Below are positions 25,505 through 35,134 of a stretch of DNA of 38,305 nt, piece after piece. Every line of letters begins with the position of its first letter. Position 1 is the stretch's first letter. Source of the stretch: Candidatus Flemingiibacterium sp. Its GTDB lineage: Bacteria > Bacillota > Clostridia > Oscillospirales > CAG-272. Made by a program: the position numbers and the translations under genes. The DNA lies in NCBI GenBank assembly GCA_045634345.1, contig JAZRAB010000183.1, positions 1 through 38,305 on the forward strand, read 5' to 3'. Below the pieces are notes generated by a model that had not been told where the DNA came from, made no database searches, and worked only from the letters and a program-made list of their open reading frames with translations.

Positions 25505-26947
25505 TTATTCGGTTTTTAACAATACTATTGTGAGAGAATCAGTGCTTGCCCGCAAATTTTCATTTAGGTAAAACATAACATCACCGGCCGGATATTCAAT
25601 CTCTGCAAGGATTTCCGAGAAATCATTTGAGATTACGCTAAGACGGGTTTTGCCGTCTGTAGTATTTACATCAAGCCATACGCCATTCTCAAAGAAGTAT
25701 GGAAATGAATCGCCGAGAGCATATCCCGTTTGATTTTCTGAAGTGCCGCTTTGTGATGCTATCAAAATACGCTCACCGCTTTTATCAGCCAGCCACAGAG
25801 ATTCTCCGGCAGTACCATCACCGTACGGAACACGTTTTTCTACTATGATTTTATTATCATATATTCCGTGCGCGATGAAATCGCCATTCTGATAAAATAC
25901 TGTTTTGCCGATTTCAAGATCATATATACCGTATCCTCGGTGATGTTCCCATCCGCCTACGTTATATACGAAAGCAGTATCATCAATAAACCCGACAAGC
26001 GCATAATGCGCAACGTCGCTGATACCGGCAAATCGTCCGTTTTGCTGACGGTCGTCTAAAGCTATATCTGTTAGAACACGCTTCACAGTACCGTCGTTCA
26101 TAAGTACATCAATTCCGCCATGGCCTTTACCGTCATCTGTTGTTTTATATGCAGTATATTTACCGTCTGAGCTGATATGGCGTGTATCGTGCACCGGATA
26201 AACTTCGCTCTCAATTGGAGAAATTGCGAATGTGCCGTTGGTTTCGCTAATGGTGAATGCATAATTAAGCATTTCCGTGTTTTGGTCGGTGACCGTGAAA
26301 TGCGTGATTGTTACATATCCGTCATTGTAACTTATAGACATGGGAAGTGAATCGGCAGGAGCATCGGAGAAAAGTGTTTCTGCGTGCACAATTGTTCCCT
26401 CATACATATCAACTATCTGTACGTCAAGGGAAGTTCCTCGAATAAAGTACATTTGATATTGGTCATTATAAGGGAAAACACGGCAGCGTACATTTGCTGA
26501 CTCAATCTGAACTGTGTTAATATCAAGACCGCCATTGTTTTGTATTACAGTCACTTCATTGTCTGATTTTTCGCTGGGCGGAGCAACTGTCCAACCGAGC
26601 GAGGAAAGCTCCTCAAGAACACCCGAGTCTATATCGTTTCGCTCGCCGTCAGCCAATTTCTCAACCTCGTACACGGTTGTTTTGCCGGGATACGAGTAAA
26701 GTATAAGTGAGTTTTTTATACGAATCATGTCACCGTCCGTAAGAGCGTCAAAGCTTACCGAGCTGTCGTGGGCGGTCATTATGCACGGACTGTGATTGTC
26801 TATAATTATCAAATGCTGACCGCCCTCGGAGAGAAGATATAACCCCTCGGTGTGACTTTGAACATTTATTATTTCGTCGTCATTCTCATTGCACCCTACA
26901 AGTATGAAAGAAAGCGAGAGCAGTAGAAAGGTAATCAGTTTTTTCAT
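25505..26947 (-). CDS. Lipoprotein of unknown function (small N-terminal DUF3221-like domain plus possible beta-propeller-like region)
   Basis: 480 aa with lipobox LVGC. The N-terminal ~100 aa ends ...GDMIRIKNSLILYSYPGKTTVYEVEKL. It contains a SSDGKYTAY-type motif. RBS ggagga, and the gene starts 20 nt after the serpin stop. Confidence 0.5.
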   Translation of the reverse strand: MKKLITFLLLSLSFILVGCNENDDEIINVQSHTEGLYLLSEGGQHLIIIDNHSPCIMTAHDSSVSFDALTDGDMIRIKNSLILYSYPGKTTVYEVEKLADGERNDIDSGVLEELSSLGWTVAPPSEKSDNEVTVIQNNGGLDINTVQIESANVRCRVFPYNDQYQMYFIRGTSLDVQIVDMYEGTIVHAETLFSDAPADSLPMSISYNDGYVTITHFTVTDQNTEMLNYAFTISETNGTFAISPIESEVYPVHDTRHISSDGKYTAYKTTDDGKGHGGIDVLMNDGTVKRVLTDIALDDRQQNGRFAGISDVAHYALVGFIDDTAFVYNVGGWEHHRGYGIYDLEIGKTVFYQNGDFIAHGIYDNKIIVEKRVPYGDGTAGESLWLADKSGERILIASQSGTSENQTGYALGDSFPYFFENGVWLDVNTTDGKTRLSVISNDFSEILAEIEYPAGDVMFYLNENLRASTDSLTIVLLKTE

Positions 26948-26967
26948 AAAATCCTCCGCATATATTG

Positions 26968-28197
26968 TTATTTAATATCCATCACAGTGCCGATAAAGAA
27001 GGGAAGCGCGGTTTCGGTATCAATGAGCATGAATACAAACGGACGGTCGAGGATTACCGTTTTGGTATCGGGGGACTCCATAGATGCGCCATCCTTCATT
27101 TCGATAACGGTTGCGGCACCTGCTTTTGTTCCGCGCTCGCCTACTGAAATGTAGGTCTTGTGGAGCACACGGCTGATGAAGATATTTCCGGCAGCAGAGC
27201 TTCCGAGAGATGAAAAATCAGCAAGCTCTGGATTAAAGGCATCCGTCATTCCCATACTTGCAAGCACCCCTGCAAGCTCTGTATCAAATTCAAACTCGAA
27301 TTTGGGAATACCTGCGTTTACAGGTGCATTTGTAGGATTTTCGAGCATTGAGTGGAGCGATTCACCGCTGAGAGATACAATGTAGTCCCCAACGCTTGTG
27401 CCCTCATTCGGCAGAAGAGCTGCAAAGGCATATTTTCTGTCTTTATAATATTTGATAAAACCGGATGCATTTTCATCTCCGATGTATTCATATTCATCGG
27501 AATACATCATTTTTACATTGCGTTCGTTTCCGCCTTCTGTCGTAAAGATGGTGTCATGTACCTGATTCTTTTTGTATATACTTTGCCATTCCGCTTCAAA
27601 GGCAAGCGCATTTACAAGATACATCACTGCATCTGATGGAATATTATCGAGAATTTGTGGGATCATCCCGTCGGTTTTTTCTTTAACCCAACTGTTGATT
27701 CTGTTTTTTGTGATTGGATTAAACGGCGTTTTGAATATATCCGCGCCGTAGTAATCGGCGTTTGTCTGGAGAAAATCATCGTTTACGGTGAAGCGCTCAT
27801 CGTCTGTAAACCAAATAGAGTTTGCAAGATTAAGCTTGTATTTTTCATCTTTCGGCAGCACATCTGTATAAGCCTTTAAGCAAGAATTGAGTGAGTCCAC
27901 ATCGAGTCCGAACATTGCTTCCATTTGAGCGAGTGTGTCTCCCTCGGCGCCGTTGACAACCATGGCAAGTGCGGAGAGTACGGACAACGGAGAGATAAGA
28001 GTGTTTTTGCCGTCAGTGTACGATTCTGTGAGCAAACGCACACCGAAATCGGTAATCTCATTACCGACATCTTTTATATCAGTAGTTATAATATTGTCGC
28101 TTGGCGTGATACCCGATGAAATATTGGCAGTACTTACTGTGCCGCATGAAGTAAGAATAAGTGAGACAAGAATGAATAGGGAAGCGATTCGTTTCAT
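26968..28197 (-). CDS. Serpin-family protease inhibitor, lipoprotein
   Basis: Start set at MKRIASLF (28197), with aaaggag RBS 7 nt upstream. Lipobox LTSCG, SPLSVLSALAMVVNGAEGDT serpin N-terminal motif, and hinge/RCL ERGTKAGAATVIEMKDGASM followed by LDRPFVFMLID. Confidence 0.85.
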   Translation of the reverse strand: MKRIASLFILVSLILTSCGTVSTANISSGITPSDNIITTDIKDVGNEITDFGVRLLTESYTDGKNTLISPLSVLSALAMVVNGAEGDTLAQMEAMFGLDVDSLNSCLKAYTDVLPKDEKYKLNLANSIWFTDDERFTVNDDFLQTNADYYGADIFKTPFNPITKNRINSWVKEKTDGMIPQILDNIPSDAVMYLVNALAFEAEWQSIYKKNQVHDTIFTTEGGNERNVKMMYSDEYEYIGDENASGFIKYYKDRKYAFAALLPNEGTSVGDYIVSLSGESLHSMLENPTNAPVNAGIPKFEFEFDTELAGVLASMGMTDAFNPELADFSSLGSSAAGNIFISRVLHKTYISVGERGTKAGAATVIEMKDGASMESPDTKTVILDRPFVFMLIDTETALPFFIGTVMDIK

Positions 28198-28271
28198 AAG
28201 CGTTCTCCTTTTAGCGTAGAAAATCTTCTGCATATTTGACGTAATAAATTAAAAAAAGTTCCCTGACATGC

Positions 28272-28309
28272 AAAAAATCCTATCCTTGAAATCGAAGATA
28301 GGATTTTTG
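28272..28309 (-). terminator. Terminator after fakA (bidirectional in form)
   Basis: aaaaaatcctatc ... gataggattttt hairpin with a 12-nt loop. Confidence 0.7.
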
Positions 28310-28317
28310 TTTTAATA

Positions 28318-30033
28318 TTATTCAACCACAAATATAAACGGGTAAACATCCTGACCGCCGTCGGCAGTGTAGAACTCAACATCCGGGTATTTAAATGAAA
28401 CCCATTCTTCAAGTGCCGCAACATCCTCATCGGATGCATCCTTGCCTATAAAGGCAGTGACGAGGTACGCTTCTTCGCTTAACATTTTGTCAAGCAGCGA
28501 TGTCGCAGCCTCGATCATGTCCTTGCAGGAGACCTTCATCTCCTTGCCGACAAAGCCGATGTAGTCACCACTTTCAATGTGAACACCGTCAAGGTCCGCA
28601 TTGCGTATTGCAGGTGAGATAAGACCGGTTGAGACCATCGACATAGCCTCGTTAAAGGTTGCCGAGATCTTTTCGGGATCGCCGGATTGGAAGTTCATTG
28701 CGGATATCGCCGCATATCCCATGCCGAGGTCTTTACTCTCGATTACGTGAATTTCTCCGCCCGTATAAAGCTGTGCCGCCTGTTTTGCCGCCATAATAAT
28801 GTTTCCGTTGTTGGGGAAAACGAAAGTATGAGCGGCTCCGACCTCCTCAAATGCTTCGAGGAAATCCTGCGCAGATGGGTTTTGTGTCTGTCCGCCATGG
28901 ACCACACAGTCAACGCCAAGCTCACGGAACAAGCTTTCAATACCGTCGCCCAAAGCAACGGCAACAGTGCCGAATCCTTTGTTTGAACGCGGCTTTTTAG
29001 ACTCATGTTCATCCGAGAGATTAGAGTGCTGTACACTCATGTTCTCGATTTTAACAGTCAGAAATTCGCCGTACTGACGGCAAAATTCGAGCACACGCTC
29101 GGGGGTTTTGGTGTGAACGTGGATTTTAATTATACTGCCGGTCTTAAATGCAACGATTGAATCGCCTATACCGCCGAGAAAATCCTTGACAATACTTTCA
29201 TCGAAGGCTTCAATATCGCATTTTGCGTTTTGAAGCTGAAGGAGTAACTCGGTGCAGTAGCCGTAAGTCATTTCGCTGTCGGGACCGAATGCAGAAAAAT
29301 CAATTGTCGCCGCTTTCGGTGCCGGAAGTTCAATATCGGTGTCAATATCCTCACCGATCAGTATTTTATAGCAGCCCTGCATGATATAGAATAGTCCCGC
29401 TCCGCCGCTGTCAACGACGCTGGCTTCCTTAAGCTGTGCTAACAGCTCGGGGGTGCGCTGGAGGGAAGAGTACATCTCCTTTATAAGATCGGAAAAAATC
29501 CCTTCAACCGTGCTACTTTCACCGACGCGCGAGGTTGCGTATTCAACCGATTCACGGGCAACAGTAAGGATGGTTCCTTCTGTTGGCTTCATTACGGAAG
29601 CATACGCCTGCTTAACACCGGTTTTGAGAGCTTCGGCTACTATAGCACAGTCCGCATCCTTGTGATCGGCAAAGCCTTTCGCCATGCCATCAAAGAATTG
29701 GGAAAGTATAACACCTGAATTGCCTCTTGCACCGAGAAGCATTCCTTGAGAAAGCTTCGCCGATACAAAAGCGAGGTCATCGCTGTCAATTCCTGCTATA
29801 GCGGCTACACCGCCTTCTATGGTCATGCTCATATTATCGCCCGTATCACCGTCGGGAACGGGGAATACATTGAGGTTATTTACCTCCTCGGCGTTTGCAC
29901 GAAGCTGTGCCGCTCCGCCTCTGACCATGTTTGCGAAGACTTTGCCGTCAAGCGATTTGCCGTTGACAGCTTCGTTTTCGGTGGTGAGATCGGTAAGCAT
30001 CTGCTTGGTTTCATTAATCATAGTAATATCCAT
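28318..30033 (-). CDS. fakA: DAK2-domain fatty acid kinase subunit A (YloV/FakA-type)
   Basis: 571 aa. N-terminal LNVFPVPDGDTGDNM motif, a Dak2 domain, and a C-terminal DegV-like/FakA_C region. It lies directly downstream of a DegV gene. Confidence 0.8.
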   Translation of the reverse strand: MDITMINETKQMLTDLTTENEAVNGKSLDGKVFANMVRGGAAQLRANAEEVNNLNVFPVPDGDTGDNMSMTIEGGVAAIAGIDSDDLAFVSAKLSQGMLLGARGNSGVILSQFFDGMAKGFADHKDADCAIVAEALKTGVKQAYASVMKPTEGTILTVARESVEYATSRVGESSTVEGIFSDLIKEMYSSLQRTPELLAQLKEASVVDSGGAGLFYIMQGCYKILIGEDIDTDIELPAPKAATIDFSAFGPDSEMTYGYCTELLLQLQNAKCDIEAFDESIVKDFLGGIGDSIVAFKTGSIIKIHVHTKTPERVLEFCRQYGEFLTVKIENMSVQHSNLSDEHESKKPRSNKGFGTVAVALGDGIESLFRELGVDCVVHGGQTQNPSAQDFLEAFEEVGAAHTFVFPNNGNIIMAAKQAAQLYTGGEIHVIESKDLGMGYAAISAMNFQSGDPEKISATFNEAMSMVSTGLISPAIRNADLDGVHIESGDYIGFVGKEMKVSCKDMIEAATSLLDKMLSEEAYLVTAFIGKDASDEDVAALEEWVSFKYPDVEFYTADGGQDVYPFIFVVE

Positions 30034-30074
30034 ACCTTTGAAAGTACAAAGGCTCCCTTATTGTAGATAAATGA

Positions 30075-30962
30075 TCAGTCGTTACGTGCGTCGCCCCAGA
30101 AGAAGAGGGCGACAGTGCCGGGACCTGTGTGACTGCCGATAGTAGTACCAATGCTGTTAATAAGCACCTTGCCATTGAGATTCGGGAAAGCGGACTCGAC
30201 CAGATCAGCTACTGCACGGGCATCTTCGATGCATGCAGAGTGACAAATATAGCATTTGCCGTTGTAATCAAGACGGTCGTCTGCATACTGCTTCATCATT
30301 TCGACAATACGATTGATGACGCGCTTCTTCGGACGGATTTTTTCACGGGGAATGAGCCGTCCGTTGATGTCAACATTAAGAAGCGGGCAGATGCCGAGAA
30401 TACCGCCGATGGCGCCGGCTGTTTTTGAAACTCGCCCACCTTTAACATAGAATGTAAGGTCAGAGGAGAAGAACCAATGATGGAGACGCAGGCGATTAGC
30501 CTCAGCCCAGTCAGCAAGTGCGTCAAGTTCCATACCCTCATCACGGAGATCGGCAAGCTTATCCATGAAAAGACCGTAACCCGAAGCCGCTGCAAGAGAG
30601 TCAACAACGTGGATCTTGCGCTCGGGGTATTTTTCCATGCATGCCTTTGCCGCATTTCTCGCGGACTGAACAGTGCCGGAAAGTCCCGAGGAGAGGGAAA
30701 CGTGAAGGATGTCCTTACCTTGTTCGAGGAATTTTTCAAAATAAGTTGTATATTCGCCGACGCTGATCTGGGATGTCTTAGTATCAGCACCGTTTACCAT
30801 AGCAGCGTAAAACTCATCAAACGGCATAGAACGACCGAGGTCATCAGGGTATTCTATTCCATCCATGAAATAGTGAAAGCATATATAAGAAATGTCACGC
30901 GAGACCAAATGCTCATGTGAAAGGTCTGCTGTAGAGCAGCAGCTCAAAACATAATTCTGCAT
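30075..30962 (-). CDS. DegV-family fatty-acid-binding protein (FakB-type)
   Basis: Start set at ATG 30962 (aaagga RBS 8 nt upstream; MQNYVLSCCSTADL). TKTSQISVGEY, SLSSGLSGTVQSA and VVDSLAAASG motifs typical of DegV. Confidence 0.8.
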   Translation of the reverse strand: MQNYVLSCCSTADLSHEHLVSRDISYICFHYFMDGIEYPDDLGRSMPFDEFYAAMVNGADTKTSQISVGEYTTYFEKFLEQGKDILHVSLSSGLSGTVQSARNAAKACMEKYPERKIHVVDSLAAASGYGLFMDKLADLRDEGMELDALADWAEANRLRLHHWFFSSDLTFYVKGGRVSKTAGAIGGILGICPLLNVDINGRLIPREKIRPKKRVINRIVEMMKQYADDRLDYNGKCYICHSACIEDARAVADLVESAFPNLNGKVLINSIGTTIGSHTGPGTVALFFWGDARND

Positions 30963-31029
30963 AATCATTATCCTTTCATCGTGTGTGCAGCTTTCCAAAA
31001 GGCATGCTGCACATAATAATACATATATT

Positions 31030-31058
31030 ATTGTACCACATTTTCTATCACAAATCAA
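31030..31058 (-). promoter_or_regulatory. Promoter of the degV-fakA operon
   Basis: Minus strand: TTGATT (31053-31058), 17-nt spacer, TGgTACAAT (TACAAT at 31030-31035). Confidence 0.5.
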
Positions 31059-31129
31059 CCCCAATATACGAATTTTGGTAAATTAGTCAAAGAAATATTT
31101 AGTGTGCTGTAGTTTATGTAAAATAGTAT

Positions 31130-31164
31130 GCACCGCAGATGAAAGCTCGTCGCTCCTGCGGTGC
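31130..31164 (-). terminator. Hairpin downstream of mntP (probable terminator)
   Basis: gcaccgcag / ctgcggtgc 9-bp stem with a 17-nt loop. There are U-rich flanks on both strands. Confidence 0.5.
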
Positions 31165-31179
31165 TGTAATTTTTATTAT

Positions 31180-31767
31180 TCAGAAAAATACGCCTGTTAC
31201 AAAAATTTCAATACCAATGAAAATAAGTATCACGCCTCCGAGTATACCGGCTTTACCGGCAAAAACAGTGCCGAACTTGCGTCCGAGAAAAAGACCGACG
31301 GTACATACAGCAAAGGTCACGACAGCGATAGTTATCACAGACACTATTGCCTCACCAAGCTCATATTCTGCAATCGTAAATCCGACGGACAGTGCATCAA
31401 TTGACGTAGCCACACCCTGCACGAGCAGGGCGGTAAGTGTAAGCTTGGCACACGGTCCATCCTCGCAAGGACAGCGTATACCGTCAAGAAGCATTTTACC
31501 GCCTATATATAAAAGAAGCACGAGCGCGATCCAAGGGATGAATTTTTCAAAGGATTTAAAATGCTGCACAACCGTGTGTACGCAGACCCAACCTATCATT
31601 GGCATTGCCGCTTGAAAAAAGGCGAACACAGCCGCTATTCCGAAGAGCTTTGGAAGACGCATTTTCGGCTCGTTGAGTCCGTTGGCAAGAGAAACTGAAA
31701 AGGCATCCATTGCAAGACCGATACCCAGCATAATACTCATCATGATGAGTGATAACGATATTTCCAT
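31180..31767 (-). CDS. mntP: Manganese efflux pump MntP family protein
   Basis: Start set at MEISLSL (31767; ttggag RBS). GIGLAMDAFSVSLANG and ATSIDALSVGF repeated half-motifs characteristic of MntP/YebN. Confidence 0.8.
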   Translation of the reverse strand: MEISLSLIMMSIMLGIGLAMDAFSVSLANGLNEPKMRLPKLFGIAAVFAFFQAAMPMIGWVCVHTVVQHFKSFEKFIPWIALVLLLYIGGKMLLDGIRCPCEDGPCAKLTLTALLVQGVATSIDALSVGFTIAEYELGEAIVSVITIAVVTFAVCTVGLFLGRKFGTVFAGKAGILGGVILIFIGIEIFVTGVFF

Positions 31768-31882
31768 AATAAACTCCAATCGAATCAAAGCCATATGAAT
31801 TGCACTAAAAATCCTGTAATATACGTATGCGCAAATATTAATAAAATTGACCGATAATTATAAAATATGCTTCATGCAATAA

Positions 31883-31908
31883 CGGTAAGCTTCAATTGAA
31901 GCTTACCG
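31883..31908 (-). terminator. Hairpin immediately 3' of tRNA-Arg
   Basis: Perfect 26-nt palindrome cggtaagcttcaattgaagcttaccg, with a weak U tract (ttatt) on the minus strand. Confidence 0.45.
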
Positions 31909-31912
31909 CTGT

Positions 31913-31989
31913 TGGCGTCCCCGGCGCGATTCGAACGCGCGACCTTCCGCTTAGGAGGCGGATGCTCTATCCTGCTGAGCTACGGGAAC
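31913..31989 (-). tRNA. tRNA-Arg (anticodon CCU), CCA encoded
   Basis: The minus strand reads GTTCCCG-TA-GCTC-AGCAGGATA-GAGC-A-TCCGC-CTCCTAA-GCGGA-AGGTC-GCGCG-TTCGAAT-CGCGC-CGGGGAC-G-CCA. This gives a full cloverleaf with a 7-nt anticodon loop centred on CCT. Confidence 0.9.
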
Positions 31990-32000
31990 ATCACTACAAT

Positions 32001-32029
32001 ATAATACCACAGCACGCGGATTTTGTCAA
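32001..32029 (-). promoter_or_regulatory. Promoter of tRNA-Arg
   Basis: Minus strand: TTGACA (32024-32029), 17-nt spacer, TGgTATTAT (32001-32006). The predicted start is a few nt before the tRNA 5' end. Confidence 0.6.
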
Positions 32030-32061
32030 GAGAAATTCACGTGCTGAGGTATTAGTTCGTT

Positions 32062-33465
32062 TTATCTTCTATGAAGTATCTTCATAACGCCGCCGAGAAT
32101 CGGTTTTGCGTTGATGGCAAATATTGAGGCAATGCCGATGATTTGCACCGGTATCCACAGGGACAGCTCGCATATCATAAACACTGTCTGCGCACCTATA
32201 ATGAGTGTATTTGCGACGAGCTTGTGGGTGTGAAGATTAAAGCGTATAAATTTACGTGTGTTCACTGCGCGGATGATAAATACAATGAAATATGAGAGGA
32301 ATGTTGCGAGTGCCGCGCCGTTTGCACCGAGTGCTGTTGGAATGAGAAGCAGGTTGAAGACAATATTGATAAGCGCGCCAATCATTGATGTCACGAATGA
32401 GTGAACACTCTTTTTATCAACAAGATAAACGCTTCCCATGAATGTAACGAGACTTGAAAACACCGTTGCGGTAATAAGAAGCGGCATATACTGCCATGCT
32501 GTGTAGTAGCTTTCTGCAAAAAGCACCTTGGCGAAAATTTTGGAAAAAGCAATGAGCCCAGCAGCTGAAATATAAAGCATACCCTGAAAACTGTCGAACA
32601 CTGTTCCGAAAAATATCTCGTGATTCTTGCGTGATTCGGTATCACGCTCGGTCACGGCAGAAAATTGCCATGCTTCGATGAATATACCTGAAAGGAGAAT
32701 GAGCATGGTCGGGATTTTGAACGCTGCGGCGTAAAGACCGTTTATATCATCTCCGATGAACCCCTTTATCATGTATCTGTCCGACACATTGGTTATCCAC
32801 CAAAAAACAGTGGTCGGGATAAGCGGAATACTAAACTTCAGCATCAACTTTGCAATTGCTTTGTCAACACGTCTGATGCTGAGCGAAAACTCTTTTCTTA
32901 CAACGAAGATAATTATAAGCGAGACCGCCGCATCCGCAACAACAACGCTGAGCACATATCCGAGAAGACCAATATCGAGAACGACTAAAAACAGAATATT
33001 GAGTGCGATCGTAATAGCAGTCGAGGAAATGCCTTGTATTGCGAAAAATGCCGTCATTCCGCACGCACGCACGTACTGTGCAAGCAGTGAGTGAACATTT
33101 GCTATAAAGGCATACAGTATGATGAGCCACACATAACCGTCGAAATATTCTATTTTATTAAGGAGTGGAAATAACGCCGCAAAAACGAGAAAACCGGCGA
33201 ATATAACGTAGAGACCGGTTGTGAGCACACGCTTTCGGTCAATATCGCGGTCAAGCGTGAAGCGGAATACCGCATCACAGATCCCGAGCGACAATATGGG
33301 CATAAGCAAATTCGCACTTTGTGTTATAATGTCTGCGGTGCTGTATTCGGCGGTCGAGAGATACGCCGTGTATAAAGGGAGTAAAAGGAATACCAGCAGC
33401 TTCGAGCCGAAGGTGCCAATGCCGAGTATCGCTGTGTTGGATAACAGTTTTTTATACTTGTCCAT
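32062..33465 (-). CDS. MOP-superfamily oligosaccharide/polysaccharide flippase (Wzx-like)
   Basis: 467 aa with about 12-14 TM helices. N-terminus LLSNTAILGIGTFGSKLLVFLLLPLYT is typical of the family. RBS gaggaaaa. It starts 16 nt after the cls stop. Confidence 0.7.
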   Translation of the reverse strand: MDKYKKLLSNTAILGIGTFGSKLLVFLLLPLYTAYLSTAEYSTADIITQSANLLMPILSLGICDAVFRFTLDRDIDRKRVLTTGLYVIFAGFLVFAALFPLLNKIEYFDGYVWLIILYAFIANVHSLLAQYVRACGMTAFFAIQGISSTAITIALNILFLVVLDIGLLGYVLSVVVADAAVSLIIIFVVRKEFSLSIRRVDKAIAKLMLKFSIPLIPTTVFWWITNVSDRYMIKGFIGDDINGLYAAAFKIPTMLILLSGIFIEAWQFSAVTERDTESRKNHEIFFGTVFDSFQGMLYISAAGLIAFSKIFAKVLFAESYYTAWQYMPLLITATVFSSLVTFMGSVYLVDKKSVHSFVTSMIGALINIVFNLLLIPTALGANGAALATFLSYFIVFIIRAVNTRKFIRFNLHTHKLVANTLIIGAQTVFMICELSLWIPVQIIGIASIFAINAKPILGGVMKILHRR

Positions 33466-33481
33466 TTTTCCTCACAATCAA

Positions 33482-35032
33482 TTAGAGCAGCGGCGCAACA
33501 AGTCGGAGCAAGCTCATGAGAAGCCCGTGGCGACCGCGTATTTTTTTATAGATTTCGGGGGTGATCTCCTCAGATACCTTGAGCGTTTCAAGGAAATCCT
33601 TTTTTACATCAAATACAGCAGGATTATCATATATTAGCGCCGCGCACTCAAAGTGCAGGTAGAGACTACGGTAGTCGAAGTTGATTGATCCTACTGCGGC
33701 GATATGGTCATCGCTTACCACAGTTTTTGAATGAATGAAGCCCGGGGTGTATTCGTATATTCTGACTCCAGATTCCAGAAGCTGACCGTAGAATGAGCGC
33801 GTCACCTCAAAAACATACCACTTGTCCGGTATATGCGGTGTGATTATACGCACATCTATACCGCTTTTGGCGGCAAAGCAAAGTGCGGTGAGAAGCTCAT
33901 TGTCGGGGATGAGGTAGGGCGTCATGATATAGATGTAATCTTTGGCTTTATTGATGAGATTAAAATATACCAGCTCGCCCACACATTCACCGTCAAGCGG
34001 GGTGTCAGCGTATGGCTGTACATAGCCCTGCGAGCGTTCTGTTTGAATGATAAATTCATTTTTTGAAGGTCGGTAGAAAAAATCAGCTATTTCGCGGTCA
34101 GTTGGATGTGACATATACCAATTACCGAGAAACATCAGGGTAAAGCTCTTTACGGCGTCACCGCGGAGCATCACTGCCGCGTCCTTCCAATGACCGAAGC
34201 GGTCATATGCGTTTATATACTCGTCAGCAAGATTGATGCCGCCTGTAAACGCCGTGTGACCGTCTATGACAACGATTTTTCGATGATCGCGGTTGTTCTG
34301 TATGACGGTTGCAATCGGCACAAAAGGATTAAAAATCATGACCTTTATGCCAAGCTCGCCGAGAATTTTATCATACTTCTTGGGGAGCGTGCTCATACAG
34401 CCCATACCATCCCATATGAGGCGTACTTCAACGCCCTCTTTGACTTTTTCGATGAGAATTTTCAGAATAGAATCCCACATCAGACCTTCCTGAATGATGA
34501 AATATTCAAGGAAAATGAATTTTTTTGCCTTGCGAAGCTCAGTCATGAGACATTCAAACTTTGCCTCGCCCGACGGGAGATAGTATACCTCGGTGTTTTT
34601 GTATACGGGAAATGAAGCTTGATTTGCAAGGTATGAAGCGTGAGCCGCAGTGGTACGGCTGTTTTTTCGGATCTCATCGGTTATATTAGGGTCTTGCAAA
34701 AGATACGGTTCTACAAGAGCGCTTGCCTTAGCTGCCTTTTTCTTAAAAAGGAATGTTGATGTTTGAAGCGATGCGGCGAGATACATGAGTCCGCCAAAGA
34801 GCGGAAATATCAGTATTGTAACTGCCCATGTAAGCTTGTAGGACGGGTTTTTATCGCCGTTTACGATATATATCACAGCTATAATGCTTATTATCGTTAG
34901 TACAACCGATATTGCAATGGAATATGTGCTCAGTGTGACGAGCATTGCGATATAAAGGATGATTTGCAGTATTGCGAAAAAGGCTGTTGTAATCAGCCTG
35001 CCGGTAAAGTTTTTGAGATATTTTTTATGCAA
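33482..35032 (-). CDS. cls: Cardiolipin synthase (PLD superfamily, two HKD motifs)
   Basis: HKD motifs HRKIVVIDG and HSKTVVSDD, plus N-terminal TM helices. The track's GTG at 35050 has no RBS. A TTG at 35032 lies 8 nt after a perfect aaggag, so I prefer 35032. The end-points are otherwise as in the track. Confidence 0.8.
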   Translation of the reverse strand: MHKKYLKNFTGRLITTAFFAILQIILYIAMLVTLSTYSIAISVVLTIISIIAVIYIVNGDKNPSYKLTWAVTILIFPLFGGLMYLAASLQTSTFLFKKKAAKASALVEPYLLQDPNITDEIRKNSRTTAAHASYLANQASFPVYKNTEVYYLPSGEAKFECLMTELRKAKKFIFLEYFIIQEGLMWDSILKILIEKVKEGVEVRLIWDGMGCMSTLPKKYDKILGELGIKVMIFNPFVPIATVIQNNRDHRKIVVIDGHTAFTGGINLADEYINAYDRFGHWKDAAVMLRGDAVKSFTLMFLGNWYMSHPTDREIADFFYRPSKNEFIIQTERSQGYVQPYADTPLDGECVGELVYFNLINKAKDYIYIMTPYLIPDNELLTALCFAAKSGIDVRIITPHIPDKWYVFEVTRSFYGQLLESGVRIYEYTPGFIHSKTVVSDDHIAAVGSINFDYRSLYLHFECAALIYDNPAVFDVKKDFLETLKVSEEITPEIYKKIRGRHGLLMSLLRLVAPLL

Positions 35033-35072
35033 CGCCGTCGCTCCTTTCACACGATTTTATATATAATACAAT

Positions 35073-35101
35073 ATTATACCACAATTTACTGATTATTTCA
35101 A
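35073..35101 (-). promoter_or_regulatory. Promoter of the cls-flippase operon
   Basis: Minus strand: TTGAAA (35096-35101), 17-nt spacer, TGgTATAAT (TATAAT at 35073-35078). Confidence 0.65.
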
Positions 35102-35134
35102 GATATATAAAGCAACGATTGGCAAAAATATTTC

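Noticed and set aside
31768-31912. A yybP-ykoY manganese riboswitch would be expected upstream of mntP.
   Set aside because: No GGGGAGUAG-type conserved core or four-way junction is recognisable in the leader of about 140 nt. Regulation may be protein-based. Absence cannot be proven by eye, and cmscan would settle it.
31883-32029. tRNA-Arg as a possible integration site for a genomic island.
   Set aside because: There is no integrase, no direct repeat of the tRNA 3' end, and no compositional break in the flanking genes (mntP on one side, the flippase on the other).
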